NCBI GenBank assembly: GCA_963693365.1 | Contig: CAVNZM010000009.1 | Coordinates: 4,103,146 to 4,167,145 of the forward strand | Length of the DNA stretch: 64,000 nucleotides | Origin: Amoebidium appalachense | Taxonomy: Eukaryota; Protista; Ichthyosporea | Reading direction: 5' to 3' | In this document: piece after piece, positions 1-21,857 of the stretch | How positions within the stretch are numbered: position 1 is the first letter of the stretch | How the letters are laid out: the number at the start of each line of letters is the position of its first letter | Notes under the pieces: generated by a model | Database searches by the model: none | Seen by the model: the letters and a program-made list of their open reading frames with translations, nothing else | Told to the model about the DNA's origin: nothing | Translations under genes and position numbers: made by a program

Positions 1-2110
1 GCTCGGATAAATCTGCTGTGAGAACCTCTTGTAATTCCTTTTTCACATCCCACTTTTCCAGTGGTATGTTTTCGTTCTCATGCAGAATATATCCTATACG
101 GCTTAACCCATCAGCATCGTGCATGGTAGGGCCAGGACGGTAGTATAGATCGAAATCATACTCCTGCATTTCCAAAGGCCACCGTTGCATCCGTTCGTTT
201 GCTATCCGTTTGACACCTTTAAGAGAAAGACAGGGCTTATGGTCACTTTCCACAATAGTATTCACTCGACCATACACGTACACCCTAAACTCTTTCAGTA
301 CCCAATAGATTGCATGCGTTTCTCGTTCGATGTTGCTCCACCTACGTTCGGTAGGTTGAAACATCCGGGAGGCATATGCCACCGTGCGGAACTTGCCATC
401 CTTTTGTTTTTGATACAGGCAAGCCCCTTCCGAGAACCGACTAGCATCACAACGAATAAGAAACTGACCCCCCGTGGGGGAAAGATCGGGCAGGGCAAGT
501 ACTTCCTCCGATAACGCCGATTTTAAATCTTTAAACGAGCGATCTAATTCGTCCGTCCATTTTAACCGTCGGTGTTTTCTCCGTCGGTGTTTTTCTCCGT
601 AACACTCGGCATTCATGGGCCGGGCTTGCTCTGCATAATTTAAAATGTGACGGCGGAGATACGAAGTAATACCCAGAAAACCCCGGAGTTGGTGTAGTGT
701 GTTTGGTACCGGCCAATCTTTCACTGCCTGAACCTTTTTCGAGGCGGGCCGAATGCCATTCACACCTACAATCCAACCCAAAAACGGTATTTCCGTTAGC
801 CCAATGTATGTCTTTGCCCCATCGAGCTTAACTCCATATTCACCGAGACGGGTGAAAAGTCGGTCAAGCTTCTGTATTAATTCTTTTTCGGTGTGTGCAC
901 CCACAGCTAAATCATCGGCATATACCACCACGTCATCGGCCAGAGGGGCCAAAATCTGTGTCATGATAGATGCTAGCTGGGACGGGGAAGTACTAAGTCT
1001 TAGCCCCTGTGGTGCCACACAATGTGACTCAGCGTCTAGCAGTATTTGGTAAAAGGCACCCGACATATCAGCTTTACAGAAATACTTATACCCAGCCAAC
1101 TTCTCTATTTGTTGTTGCAAGTTGGGCATGGGCCAGGAAGATTTTCGAATTTGCTTGTTAAGAGCACGAAAATCAGTCAGCAGACGGTATTTTCCGTTTG
1201 GTTTTCGTATTACGAAGGTGGGTGAATTATACTGACTGTGTGCTTGTTCCATCTGCCCTCTACGACACATATCCTCCACGATCTCTGTTGCAGCCTGCTC
1301 TTTCACTTGTTCCAACCTCCACTGTTTTAATCGAATCGGTGGGTTATCTCCCGTGTCTATGTGCACGGTGAATCCTTTAATCTGAGGAAATTCGTCGGGG
1401 TCCGTAGTGATGAAGCAACGAGAGTGTGCTTCTAATAGTTTCTTGACATCCGGAAGCATACTCTGAGGCACCCTATTCCAATCAAAACCGTGGGGAGCCT
1501 GGCCGGCATCGTGTGCACCCCCACCCGAAATTTCCGAAATTTTTCGGGGGGGGGGGGGGGGGGGGTTTATGATCAACGGCACACATTGATTGGTCGATCG
1601 GTGAGTGTATCGGACCGCCTCGTGTCCCACTCACATGCCCTTCGTGCCCACACATGTTATCGGTAGGCACCCGGCCCGGTGGCACGGCCGGAGGTGAATT
1701 GGGTAGGCAACCTTCTCCACCCCCCGTTGCCCACCTGATGCACTGCGCTATTGCACCAACGACGGTTTGTGTACGACTGGGGTGGGGTTCGGCTTGCAAA
1801 ACACTCAGTTCGTGTATGTACTCATGTCGGCTCGTAGGAACGAAATGACCGATGGTACCGAACACGTTCAAATCCGGACCCACACCATTTTCGCACACAA
1901 CAGCAATAGATTTATCCACACTAATTTCACAGATGGTGGGGGGGAACTTATCTCGAAATTCACGAGTAGGCTCGAAGATACCGAGGGTGCCAGCAGCAGC
2001 AGCAGCAGCAGTCACCTGCACCGTTGCACGTAATACACATCCGAAGCCAGATTTGACGGTGGTGTCGTGCTTGACGGTAACAGGACACATTGTGTAGGGG
2101 GTGTAGCTCA
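1..2110 (-). mobile_element. pol: Ty3/gypsy LTR retrotransposon pol (RT + RNase H), degenerate, continues past the left edge
   Basis: Manual translation of the - strand from ~1545 to 1 is open: PPIRLKQWRL..YNSPTFVIRKPNGKYRLLTDFRALNK..ADMSGAFYQ..VVVYADDLAV (YADD at 911-922)..FLGWIV..WPVPNTLHQLRGFLG, then RNase H FLIRCDAS..VAYASR..ERETHAI..SDHKP..RMQRW..HDADGLSR. The upstream ORF 1482-2144 joins it across a poly-G run at ~1546-1565 with a frame change. Confidence 0.93.
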
Positions 2111-2112
2111 GC

Positions 2113-2700
2113 TGTTGTATAAAATGATCGTGTGTCTGTGACAAACAATATGTTTATAAATGAACGGGGTTGACTAGACCACGCTTTGCTTAGTTACGTG
2201 CTAGTCCTACTTACACCTAGTAAGCCGAGCACACTGAGTGAGCTCTGAAGCCCCCGACATGCCCTTATATCGGAGCTCGCACAGCGGCTCAGACATGCGC
2301 ATCGGTATGTCCTTTTGGCTACGAGAGCCAATCACATACGGTTCACGGTTCTGTCCCATGGCATCACGGTTCCAATAAACTAAGTGAGCCAATCAGGTGA
2401 CAGTACTTGACTAGCGATGCATTCCACAGTCATACCTCACGGCTACTTGCATATTTCCCCATGATAAAACGATGACATAAACGCTCATGGTTCCTCTACT
2501 ACGTGTCGGTCCCATGTGACTATTATATCTGTTTTCCCATGAATAATTCTGCAAGCTGCACGTGCACATATGTCTAAATCCATGCTCATGTGCACAAGAC
2601 TTGGGGGGGACATGCATACTGGCCTACCTCAGATCAAACACAGTGGTATATATACATGTACACGTGCGCGTATATCTCAACCTGGGTACATCCATACTAG
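2113..2700 (-). mobile_element. Possible LTR adjoining the gypsy internal region
   Basis: Begins TGTTGTATAA at 2113 (ends ..TACAACA on -). It has two CCAAT boxes (~2328, ~2389) and a TATAA (~2266-2270) oriented toward the element. No PBS, TSD or distal end was found, so the right boundary is a guess. Confidence 0.3.
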
Positions 2701-2749
2701 ATATCCGGTATAATATACCACAGTGTTCGGCCCGGGCCAGGGTGGGTAG

Positions 2750-2802
<53 letters not shown>

Positions 2803-3480
2803 TGTGTGTGTGTTTGTTGGGGGAAGGGGGGGGGGGGAGTGGGGGGGGAGGGGGCGGCGGGCAACTAGCAGCACCATGATTTCAGCAGAATATGCGAGCG
2901 ACCGATCGCCATTGAGTGGTGCTGAGTACCAATCCAAAACAAACCCAGTCTGCTAGAGTATAACCTCAAGGAGGCAGGGTCAATGAGGTGGTCGCCCAAC
3001 TGGCAGGACTATCTCAGAGTTTCGGCATTACAGACATCGAGCTGTTATCCGATGTTGATATCCCCCCCCCCCCCTCCCCCCTCCCCCCACCCACCCACCC
3101 TACTATCACCTCCCCCTCACCTCTACCCCCCTATCCCCCCCCCCCCCCCCCCCCCCCCCCCACACACACACAAAAAAAAGCTGTTGAGGTAAGGGTTCGT
3201 TGTAACAGCCTTTACGAAATTGCTCCACGGTGTGTCTACAGTGCATATTCCAGATGTCTGTCACAGTGTGTGTGCTGGGATTGGCAGGTAAAGGGGTCTA
3301 GCTGCTAAAAACCTGTGGTTTCTGGGTTGGAATAGGCCCGGGGCGGCGCTTCAAACGTTTTCGTCCTTTTTTTTTTTTTTTTTTTTTTCCCTTTTTCTTT
3401 TCCCCCCTTTTTTCTTAAGAAGTCCTTTTCTTTTTTTTTCTTTTTCTTTTTTTTTTTTTTCTTTCTTGCTTTTTTTTTCT

Positions 3481-3515
<35 letters not shown>

Positions 3516-3721
3516 GGGGGGGGGAGGTGGGAGGTCAATATATTCATCATACGGTATCCTAATGCATAGTAAAAGTTAAAGCTCTTAAGTCCATGCCAAG
3601 AAACCTATTTCTAAGTCTTTTAAATAAAGTCTTATTCTAGGATACTACTTTTGGTTCAGCCAGGGGGGTTTTCAAGTTGGGGTAGGAGAGAGAGTGGTAA
3701 CGGTTGTTTGGGAAGAGAAAA

Positions 3722-3753
<32 letters not shown>

Positions 3754-5061
3754 GGGACGGGAAGTGGCCTGAGCTTTTTCGGACATGTGAGGGCATCAAG
3801 GAATAGTGCTAGTCGGAAAGCCTTGGGGAGGGGAGAGCGGGGGAAGGGGAAAGGCGGAAGGCGGATGGGGGCTGGAGGGGGCCAAGCAGGTTGGGACAGG
3901 GTGGAGTTGCAACACACACCTCCGGTGCCGTGGCTGCTAGACTAAGCCTTACGGTAGTAATGCTATGAGTTAACATGTCAGATTAAACATGCCTGGAATC
4001 GACGGCAAGTCCCACAATCACAGCTTAAACTTGTTAAAAATAAATTTGTGCAGGCCGAATCCATTCTTTGGGTGACCGTTCCACCTAACTTGTGCCTAAA
4101 TGAAAGAAACAACCATCATGAGGCACCATCATGTGTGTTGACAGGCCAGTGCTGCTGACTCGGGGCCTATAGGTCGCACACATCTATGCTGAAGTATTAT
4201 GGAAGCCCCATGACAGTATGTGCCACCTATTACTTACCCCAGACTGCAACAGGTGACCCCCCCCCCCCCCCTCCCCCTCCCCCCCAAGGCAGGGCGCAGC
4301 TGTATATGTCCGTCGGGTCTTTCTGTGTAATTTACCAATAGCCTTTCAATTTCCTTTCGCCAACTCACAAGCATTGGCAGTATGAATCCCAGCTGGTGTT
4401 TTTTATCTACTATATTAGCAGAATGAGTTTGTAGGGATACTGTAGTCGGATTCTTGCACATTCAAATCAGCGGAATATGTTTTACTAATGACTTGTTCTC
4501 TAGATCCCTAAATTCAAGCATGTGTCCACCCAGCAATGTACCAACGACCGGCTTAGAGCTCCGGCATGATATACATATGTATTCTACCAGGAGTATTCCA
4601 CGTAAGTCGCGCGGTGGGGGGAGAGGGGGGGGGGGGGGGGGGGACGGGGGGATGGGGGGGGTAAATAAGGATAAGGACAGTGCATGTTGAAAAAAAGTAT
4701 TGGGCAGGAATTTCTGAGAAATAGAGGGGCAGTGCGCACGGACAGAGGGGAGAAGAGGGGGGGGGGGGGGGGGGGGAAGGGGAAGGGGGGCGTGTACAAA
4801 GGAGGGTGACTCTCTCTCATATGTGATCTGTTTTGCAATTGACTCACGGCCTAAATGTGAGCTACATAGATTTCCAATCACGGTACATAGAAAAAACAAA
4901 AAAGTGTCTTAGCCACATATATCACTTGTTCGGTGTCACCAAAACGGCTCCTCAGATTGCCTCTCCAAAGTTTTTTCACATGGGGAATACACCCGCTGAT
5001 CAGCCCATGAACAGGGTGTGTGCATGTGCGTGCATGTGTTTGTGTGTCACGGTGCATGTGT

Positions 5062-5097
<36 letters not shown>

Positions 5098-5410
5098 GTG
5101 CGCACACGTGTGTGTGTGTCACGGTGTGTGTGTGATGTACGTGCGTACGTGCGTGCGTGCGTGCGTGCGTGCGCGTATGCGCGTGTGCACGTGTGTTTGT
5201 AAGAGACTCAGTGTGCACGTATGTGCGTTTGTGCGTGTGTTAGAAGGGAAGTTTTGGCCGGGGAAGCTTCGACGGGTTACGGATATAATTAGTAGCACAG
5301 TTTGTTCGCTCTTGATCACACGCACACTGTCGTGTGGTTTCTGCTGTTAAGCCTCCATTTTTCAACCACACACGTTCGATGGCGATTCACCCAAAAAGGG
5401 TCGTCCCCCC

Positions 5411-5452
<42 letters not shown>

Positions 5453-5610
5453 AAAAAAACAAAAAAAAAAACAACAAACAAACAAAAAAATAAACGAAAA
5501 ACAAAAAAAGACCATCCACGACCACTCTAGTGTCATCGGTACCACCAATGTAACTCCGTGTGACACCCAACACTTCTCCGTCCCGGGTTGGGAGGGTGCA
5601 AGTGGGGGAA

Positions 5611-5644
<34 letters not shown>

Positions 5645-5679
5645 GTTGTTCCAAAAATTCAGAAATTTAAAATAAAAAC

Positions 5680-6160
5680 CTTCTGCACAAGCAGAATTAT
5701 TCAGCTAGATCAGAAGACTGCATAGGCGGAATTATCCAGAAGTTCAAGCTGCAAGGGCGGAATTATTCAGAAAAATAGGGATATCCTAAATTGAAAGCGG
5801 TATTATTGAGCAAAATCAGAAATAATCCGCAAAAGCAAGATTACTAAGCAGAAACAGAACTTTACAGCAAAAGCAGAATTATTCATCAAAGTCCGAATTA
5901 CTCTGCAAAAGCAGAACCTATTCAGTGAAATCAGAATTAGTCTGCAAAAGCTGGATCCGATCCGATTGTTTGGCCAATTTTCATTGAAGCTGTTTTTTTT
6001 CTTCATAATCATTTATCACAGAGTTATTCTTAGCAATTTGTTTCTACCGAATAAATCTTCAACAAGGAGAAAAGCTGTCAAAGTTTGAGCAGAAATATCC
6101 TAGTCGAGCTGCAGAACTATCATTGAAAAAGCAGAATCATTCTTTGCCGGGCAGAATGAT
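5680..6160. repeat. Degenerate tandem repeat, ~39-40 nt period (core CTGCAAAAGCAGAATTATTCAG)
   Basis: GC(A/G)GAATTATTC-like cores recur at regular spacing in an AT-rich block. Confidence 0.7.
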
Positions 6161-6286
6161 TCTCCTGCTGCTGTTGGGCACTTAAGGAGGGGCGATGGCC
6201 TTGGGGCTCACTTAGCTAAGTGATTCTTGATTTTGAAACGGGGAGGGGCCCGGGTAGTAATTGTTACTTTTGGGGGGCCCGGGGGG

Positions 6287-6322
<36 letters not shown>

Positions 6323-7493
6323 CCCCCATTGGACAGGTGGGTCTCCTCCCCCCGGAGGGGGGGGGGGGAGGGGGGAGGGCCCACCCACCCCTCCGGCTAG
6401 CAGGGGGGAGAGGGGGGGGGGGGGGGGGAGGCACAACCTGAGTAGGCTATCAGAAAACCTGATCACATAATAGTACGATAATCACCAGCGGTTTTAAATT
6501 ACATACAACACCAAAACGTAAGTAAACATTGAGGCTAACTAATAGGATTCCTTGATCACCTGCTGAGTCTCAGGCTATATGCCGTACCGTAACGGTCATT
6601 CCCCTCCCCCCCCTCCCCCCCCCCCCTCCCTCACGAACGGGTGGGAAGTGTGAGTGTGAGTGAGTGAGTGAGAGAGAGAGAGAGAGAGAGAGTGTGTGTG
6701 TGTGCCTGTGTGTGTGTGTATGTGTGTGTGTGACATGCAATGTGTATGTGTGTCACGGTGCGTGTGTGTGTGTGTGCATGTGCGTGTACGGGCGCGGACG
6801 CGCGTGTGCGTGCATGGTGCGCGCAGTGTATGTGTGGGTGTGTAGTGCGTGCGGGTGTGAGTGAGTGTGTGTGTGCGTGTGTGTGGGGTGGGTGGGGGGA
6901 GTGGGGATCTGTGTCAGTGGCCAAAACGGAGGTAAGTGCGCCAAATTTTTAAGGGGCAAAAAAAAAAAAAAAAAAGGAAGTAATACAACCTTTGGTGGGT
7001 GGAAAAGAGACTCTTTAATACCATGATCACGCGCATACATATGCGAGGGACCGGGGGGGAGGGGGGTGGGTAACCACACCCCACTCGGCCACGTGCGTCC
7101 CTCCCCCCCTCCGGGAACCCCCCCCCCCTGCAGCTACCTTGGGGAGGGGGGGCAGAAGGGCCCACCCACCCCCCAGGAGGGGTGGCCAGGGGGGACGTCG
7201 ATATTTACTACTCCCCACCCCCCCCTTTCAAATTCAAAAATCCCTAACAGTTACTTAAAGAGCACACATAACAAAACACATGTACTGTACATGCGACGTC
7301 GTCAATGTTTGCCTGTTCATGTCCCATGCATTAATCATTCCAATACTTTTTTAAAGCAGATATTAGTGGTTGGCAACAGAAAGGCAAACAACGACCGTTG
7401 AACATAAAAATGCGCAGGCGACACGCACGGACAATATGCAAGGAACAAAAAGGGTATCCACACACGCAAAAACAGGCACACACACACACTTAC

Positions 7494-7723
<230 letters not shown>

Positions 7724-7793
7724 GCACACACCGTACACACACTTGACACGCGCATGCAAAGCACACACTGTGACAAGCACCAACGTCCTGCGC

Positions 7794-7835
<42 letters not shown>

Positions 7836-9092
7836 CCCTACACGCACACACACAAAACTCAAACACAAAACGTGAACCGCGTCAGACCTCCATATGCACG
7901 TACGCGTATACCCGCGGCATACGCACACGCTCTCCGAGGCTCCATTCTTCTCTCCATTAATTGGATCTTCAGAGATCTCACCCGGCACATGTGCACTGTG
8001 GCACACAACTTGGCACACGCACACGCACACGCACACACGCACACGCACACACACACACGCACACACACACACATATATATATAATGATTGACTGAACGAA
8101 TGCACTTCACACACACACACGCACGCACAGAAAAGTTGTGCCGCACGCACACATGTGGCACACAGCGCACACAGGAGACGTCGACAAGGGACACGAGCCG
8201 GCCTTGTGCAGTAGGCCGCATCGATATCAGCCTGCGTGCATACTTTGATTGGCCAATAACCATGTAAGTCTTTTGGCGAAAGCACGACCGGTATGTGTGG
8301 GTCAATTCTCTTTACAGTAGTCACCTTTTCTTGCTTCTTGATGCCGCATTGTCCACACCCTTATAAAATAAAGCATATAACTTTTTAACAAGCATACACA
8401 AAGAATTTTTTACTCTTTCAATGGTAGCTCAGCCATTCTCCAGCTCTTTAGCTGAACATGATGAACGAATCGAAACTTTGAGAGAGCCGGCAAAATCTAT
8501 GTTTGCGCAATCACAGAAACGATTGGACACGCTTGATGCCAGTGCTCTTCCATTTTTCTTCACTCGCTCGGCCCGGGGCCGCGGCGTTGAGCTCCGTTTG
8601 TTGTGTGCAGCACTTGAAAACAGACTCTGCCAGTGACGTGAAAAGCTCTTTGTTCTATAAAAACGTCAAACAAGCTGAGAAAGGGAGCCTTTTTGAGCCA
8701 GCAGGCATTTATTTTCTGTGCTTCTTTTCAACTTCCGGGCATGGATAGAGCTACACTGTTAGTTTAGTATTAGTAAGGCAAACAAATTTTCCCGTACATA
8801 AAAGCTCGACTAGGTACTGCATTATCCATCACTCATTTCGTTGTTTAGCCGCATTTCTGGAACCACCGCTTGGCAAAGTCTTCCATTCCTCCCACCTACT
8901 TTGTGGTTGTGCTTTTTTTTGTCCTCTCGAACATCCTTCGCCGTCACGCATTTGGTTTTCGCTTAAATATTTTTCTAGCGAATTCGCTCCTGGGGATGAC
9001 TCCCCGCTGTGGGGAGTTTACGAACCCGACGGCTGCGACTGAACAAGAAAAAACGGGATTTTCGGCACATTCTGTGCTCTAAGAGGGGCAAG

Positions 9093-16852
<7,760 letters not shown>

Positions 16853-17289
16853 TGTGTGTACGTGTACGTGTGTGCGGGAGGCTGCGTGTGTGTGTGTGTG
16901 TATGTGTGGGGAGCGGGGGGAGGGGGAGGGGTGCTTGTGTGCCTGTGTGCCTTTGATTGCATATCTGTGAGGAAGGTTGGGGGGAGGAGGGGGGGAGGGG
17001 GGGAGGGGGGGATGTATATGTACATATTGGTGGTTTAGTACCTCAAGGGATTGTGCTCATATATGCATTGTCTACTCCCTATATTTACTATATATGAGAT
17101 CGGATTGCTGCCGAAGGCATGTGCTCTAAACCTCAAAAGACTAATCTTGTTTTGTTTTAACCTTTTTTTAAACGGTTTTTGACTACCGAGGCCTTCGGGT
17201 GCATATATCATGTCCGCCAGAGAAGAATGCTATTCTATCAGTCTTGCGTCATGTCCTCTCAATTTGGATTCTGGCTCATGTTTTTCCCT

Positions 17290-17322
<33 letters not shown>

Positions 17323-17981
17323 TTGAACCTGTTGTTAAGAGAACATATCTTGTGGCAATGACATGCACCAATTTCTTTCACCTCGGAAAGAACACTAACT
17401 TCGCACGAAAGCGCTCCTACTGAGTTTCTTTTATGCCCAAGCTTACGAAACCTTGAAATGTTGCACGGATTGTCTTTTTTTTTTTTTTTTTTTTTTCCTT
17501 CCCTCCAAACAAAATACACACTTCGAAGATTGGCGGGGGCGGGTTGCATGTAGATGTAGTTCCTGGTGCGCAAAGTTCAAAGCAAATCTGCTCGGTTTCT
17601 CTACCATACTACCAATGAGCACAGTGTGCAAAAAAAACTTCATGTTTTGTAAAGGTGTAATATACATTGCAATATATGTAATATTTACAATCTACTTCCA
17701 CTACATATAAGGCATGCCATGACATCAATATGGCCAATTGGAGTTACTGTACTGGTCACATGCAGAAAATACGTATGTACGCAAATAAATAAAGTCAATG
17801 CACACTTGATAGTGTGGCACAGACATGTACAGTGTTATGAGCATGTTTTGGTGCTACAAATGTATGTGTTGACGTGTGTCTGACAATGCAGGTGTCCACC
17901 CACACAGACGTTCACACACACTGCTCAGGTGGCAATTGCAAGCACGTGCACACATACATGTGTACACACACAAACACACGT

Positions 17982-18071
<90 letters not shown>

Positions 18072-18077
18072 AGTACG

Positions 18078-18120
<43 letters not shown>

Positions 18121-18180
18121 CGGGCGGGTTGGGGAAGAGAGAAAGAGGAGTTAAGGGGGAGGGAAGGGGAGGGTAAGGTG

Positions 18181-18214
<34 letters not shown>

Positions 18215-18349
18215 AGAGAAAAAGAGGTCGAAGAGGGTCACACAGATATTTATATTTGCGTGACACAGCAGAACAGCACAATTACTAGTGCGGAGTTCAT
18301 TCATTAATATTACGGAAAGGGAAAAGTGTTAATCATGTTCAATTACAAT

Positions 18350-18990
18350 TTGAATTCACATGCCACTGGTCCCCTCGACCTCACATATCATTAATTAGTC
18401 CTCTCACATCAGTTTCCCTTTAGATTTACACCTCATCACATCATTACATATCCCTGTTATCATTTATACTCCGTCACCTCACATTTTAGTAAAGTTTTAT
18501 CTCACACCATTCCCCTTTAAGCTCACATACCATCATCACACCTCGATAGCCTCACATTACAGTATCTATCCCTGTTATTAGCATTCATACCTCTTTCACA
18601 TCAAAAAACTACTCTTCTTTATTGGCCTGCACATTTCAACATACCAATCACACCCCTCGAACCTGACACATGCGTCCTCTTTAATTTCACACCATTCCCC
18701 TCTAAACTCACAAATATCATTAATACACCTCTTTATTCTCACGTTACAGCATTTTTTCTACTAGAATTTCTATCAATACTCCTACTTTTTTTTTATTGTT
18801 TTATGTAATAATCTTTCACACACTCTTTCAACTCACAACATTAAACAAACCTCTGTATTGTCCCGCTCATTTCAACATACAATACAGTACCTATATATCA
18901 TATCTATCATTTTTGATCATTCATACCTCTTTCGCCTCACAAGTAAAAATCCTCTTTATTGTCCCGCTCATTTCAACATACATTTCACAC
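18350..18990. repeat. AT-rich degenerate repeat block in the probable 3' intron of the HMG gene
   Basis: TATTGTCCCGCTCATTTCAACATAC at ~18856 and ~18957, a variant at ~18620, and recurring CTCACAT/ATCCCTGTTAT motifs. Confidence 0.65.
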
Positions 18991-19060
18991 CCTTATCTAC
19001 CACCTGCATACGTAGTTTAATTTCTTTGTTTTCTGCTTTTCCGTTTGCCCTCCTCATCAC

Positions 19061-19180
19061 CATAGACGCTAGGTGCACGTGGTATCTTTTGCTTTGGTGT
19101 TTGGTCTCAACTATGGCGGGGCCGGCACCGTGGATGAACTGTTTTTGTGTGTGTGTGTGTGTGTGCGTGTGCGTGTGCGT

Positions 19181-19256
<76 letters not shown>

Positions 19257-19374
19257 TGGTGGTGGGTGGGTGGGTGGGTGGGTGGGTGGGTGGGTGGGTG
19301 GGGGGGGGGGGGGGGGGGGGGGGGCTGCGAGGAGGAGGAGGAGGAGGGGGGGGGGGGGGGAGGTGTGTGCATGT

Positions 19375-19405
<31 letters not shown>

Positions 19406-20153
19406 ATCGGTGTATGCGAGTGTGTGTGCGCACGGAGGGGGGGGGGGGGGGGGGGGGGGACGATTTGTGCGTGTGTGCGTGTGTTCGTGTGTGTGTGTAT
19501 TTGTGTGTGTGTGGGTAGGTAGGTGTTTGCATGTGCGTACAGGCACTCACACACGGAAGAGAGGAGATGATCTGTGTCAATGCGCGTGCGTGGATATGTT
19601 AATGTGTGTGTGTGTGTGTGTGTGGTGGTGGTGTTGGGTGGGTGGGCAGATGGGGTGGGGTGGGGGAGGGGGGGGGGGTAAGAGAGAGAGAGAGAGAGAG
19701 AAGGGGGGGGGGGGGGGGGGGGGCATGTAGGCAGTAGAGAAAAAGTATGTGTGTTGGTGCTTGTGTCTTGTTTGGTGTGGGATAGTAGGTGAGGGAACAG
19801 GCTCATACTGAGGGGAGGGGGGTAGGGCAGGAAGGGGGGGGGGAGGTAGGGCAGGAAGGGGGGGGGGGGGAGGTAGGGCAGGAAGGGGGGGGGGGGGAGG
19901 TAGGGCAGGAAGGGGGGGGGGGGGAGGTAGGGCAGGAAGGGGGGGGGGGGGGAGGTAGGGCAGGAAGGGGGGGGGGGGGGGGGGGGGGTGAGGTTGTATG
20001 CATCAGTGGGTGGCCAACATGGAAGCAAAGGCATCGATCGAAACCCCAGAAAGAGAAAAAAGGAAAATGGGAAATAAGAACATGCAGGCAGAAGATACTT
20101 GAACACAGCCCATCATCGAGGGGCGGGGCGGGGCGGGGCGGGGCGGGGCGGGG

Positions 20154-20199
<46 letters not shown>

Positions 20200-21042
20200 G
20201 GGGAGTGGGTGGATGGGTGGATGGGTGGATGGGTGGGTGGGTGGGTGGGGTGGGGGGGGGGGGGGGGAGGGGAGGGGGGGGGGGGGGGGGGGAGGGGGGG
20301 AGGAGGGGAAGGATGGGATATAAGGATGGAGGGGTCGGGCAAGGGTTGCCGGGGGGGTGGGGTGGGGGGATTCGGGAGATAACAACGGATAAAGATCCAA
20401 CAGAGATGTGCCGATATGAAAGATAGAGGGGGTACACACCTTTGCTAGGTCCAGACTTAGGCGCATGGACTCCTTCTTTCCAAGAAAGGCAAAAAGACCG
20501 TTTCTGAGGGGGTGGTGCATGAGCCGGTGTCGGTAGCACAGCGATCACTTAGGGATGATTATAGTGAGCATGGAATTTAGCATCACTTGATTACTTGCTT
20601 GCACATGGCATTTGAATTTATCTACTTTATATAGAAATCACTAAATGATTTGAGTAGCGTATAATATTACAACATCCCACCTCATTCCACTTGATTTTTT
20701 ATGGTGTATTGCATCATAGCATAACATCACTAACTTGGTTGTTTTGGCATGTGACATTATAATACAACCTCACTACGTAACTTTTATGGTGTAAGGCACC
20801 ATGCTTTAATATCACAAAATCGCCTGTATGGTGTATGACATCACATAAGCTGTCCAAGTGTTAGCACAATAGGGAACAAGAAGGAATGTGGATGTGCCGG
20901 GGCCGGAGACAATGATTTTATTTGTGTGCATATATACACCAATATTGTTTGCAGAAGGTTGATAGACGAAAAAGGAAGGTTGGTACGGTGGAATGGCCAG
21001 GGAAACGAAAAGGGGAGGCCACACGGAAAGAGGTGTGTGTGT

Positions 21043-21073
<31 letters not shown>

Positions 21074-21188
21074 GGGGGGGGGGGGAGGGGAGGGAGAAGT
21101 AGGGTGGGTTTGTGCTTGTCTTTTAAATGGGGGGGGGGGGGGGGGAAGAAGTACGCAGGGTGGGTGTCGTGTTTGTGTTTAGGGAGCA

Positions 21189-21224
<36 letters not shown>

Positions 21225-21819
21225 AGAGAGCAGTACCCCACGTTAAAGGACCATATGATGTCGGGCCTATGAAGTGACTTATCCAGTTCGCTTAGAACCT
21301 CCTGTAAAGTACGAAGGTTGGTTAGACATATAAGTAACATCGGGTGTTGATGTAATTGTGGTGCTGAACCATGGGTGCTGGGGCAAATACCAAGAGAAGG
21401 GGTGGGTGGGGGGGATTTTCGGATGTGCGATAGGGTGCAAGTTGGTGGTTTTTGGTGGTGGTGGTGGTGGTGATGGTGGGGGGGGGATTAGGAGAAGGAG
21501 GGGATGGAGAAAGGGGGGAAGGGGGTGGGGGTGGGGGTGGGGTGGTGGTGGTGGTGGCGGTGGTTGGGGGGGGGGAGGGGGGGCACCATGGCAAGGGTAC
21601 TGGAACCGTGAAAGGTACGAGAGAGAGGGGGGGGGGGGGGGGGGGGCACCATGGCAAGGGTACTGGAACCGTGAAAGGTACGAGAGAGAGGGGGGGGGGG
21701 GGGGGGGGGCACCATGGCAAGGGTACTGGAACCGTGAAAGGTACGAGAGAGAGGGGGGGGGGGGGGGGGGGGGGGGGGCACCATGGCAAGGGTACTGGAA
21801 CCGTGAAAGGTACGAGAGA

Positions 21820-21857
<38 letters not shown>

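Noticed and set aside
1546-1565. Programmed gag-pol frameshift
   Set aside because: The shift is at a homopolymer just before RT, not at a gag-protease junction; slippage or sequencing error is more likely.
8421-8748. Short ORFs upstream of the RING gene
   Set aside because: They have no recognisable motifs or splice support and are probably promoter or 5' UTR sequence.
21584-21822. CRISPR-like array
   Set aside because: The spacers are only poly-G, there are no cas genes, and it lies in a eukaryotic intron.
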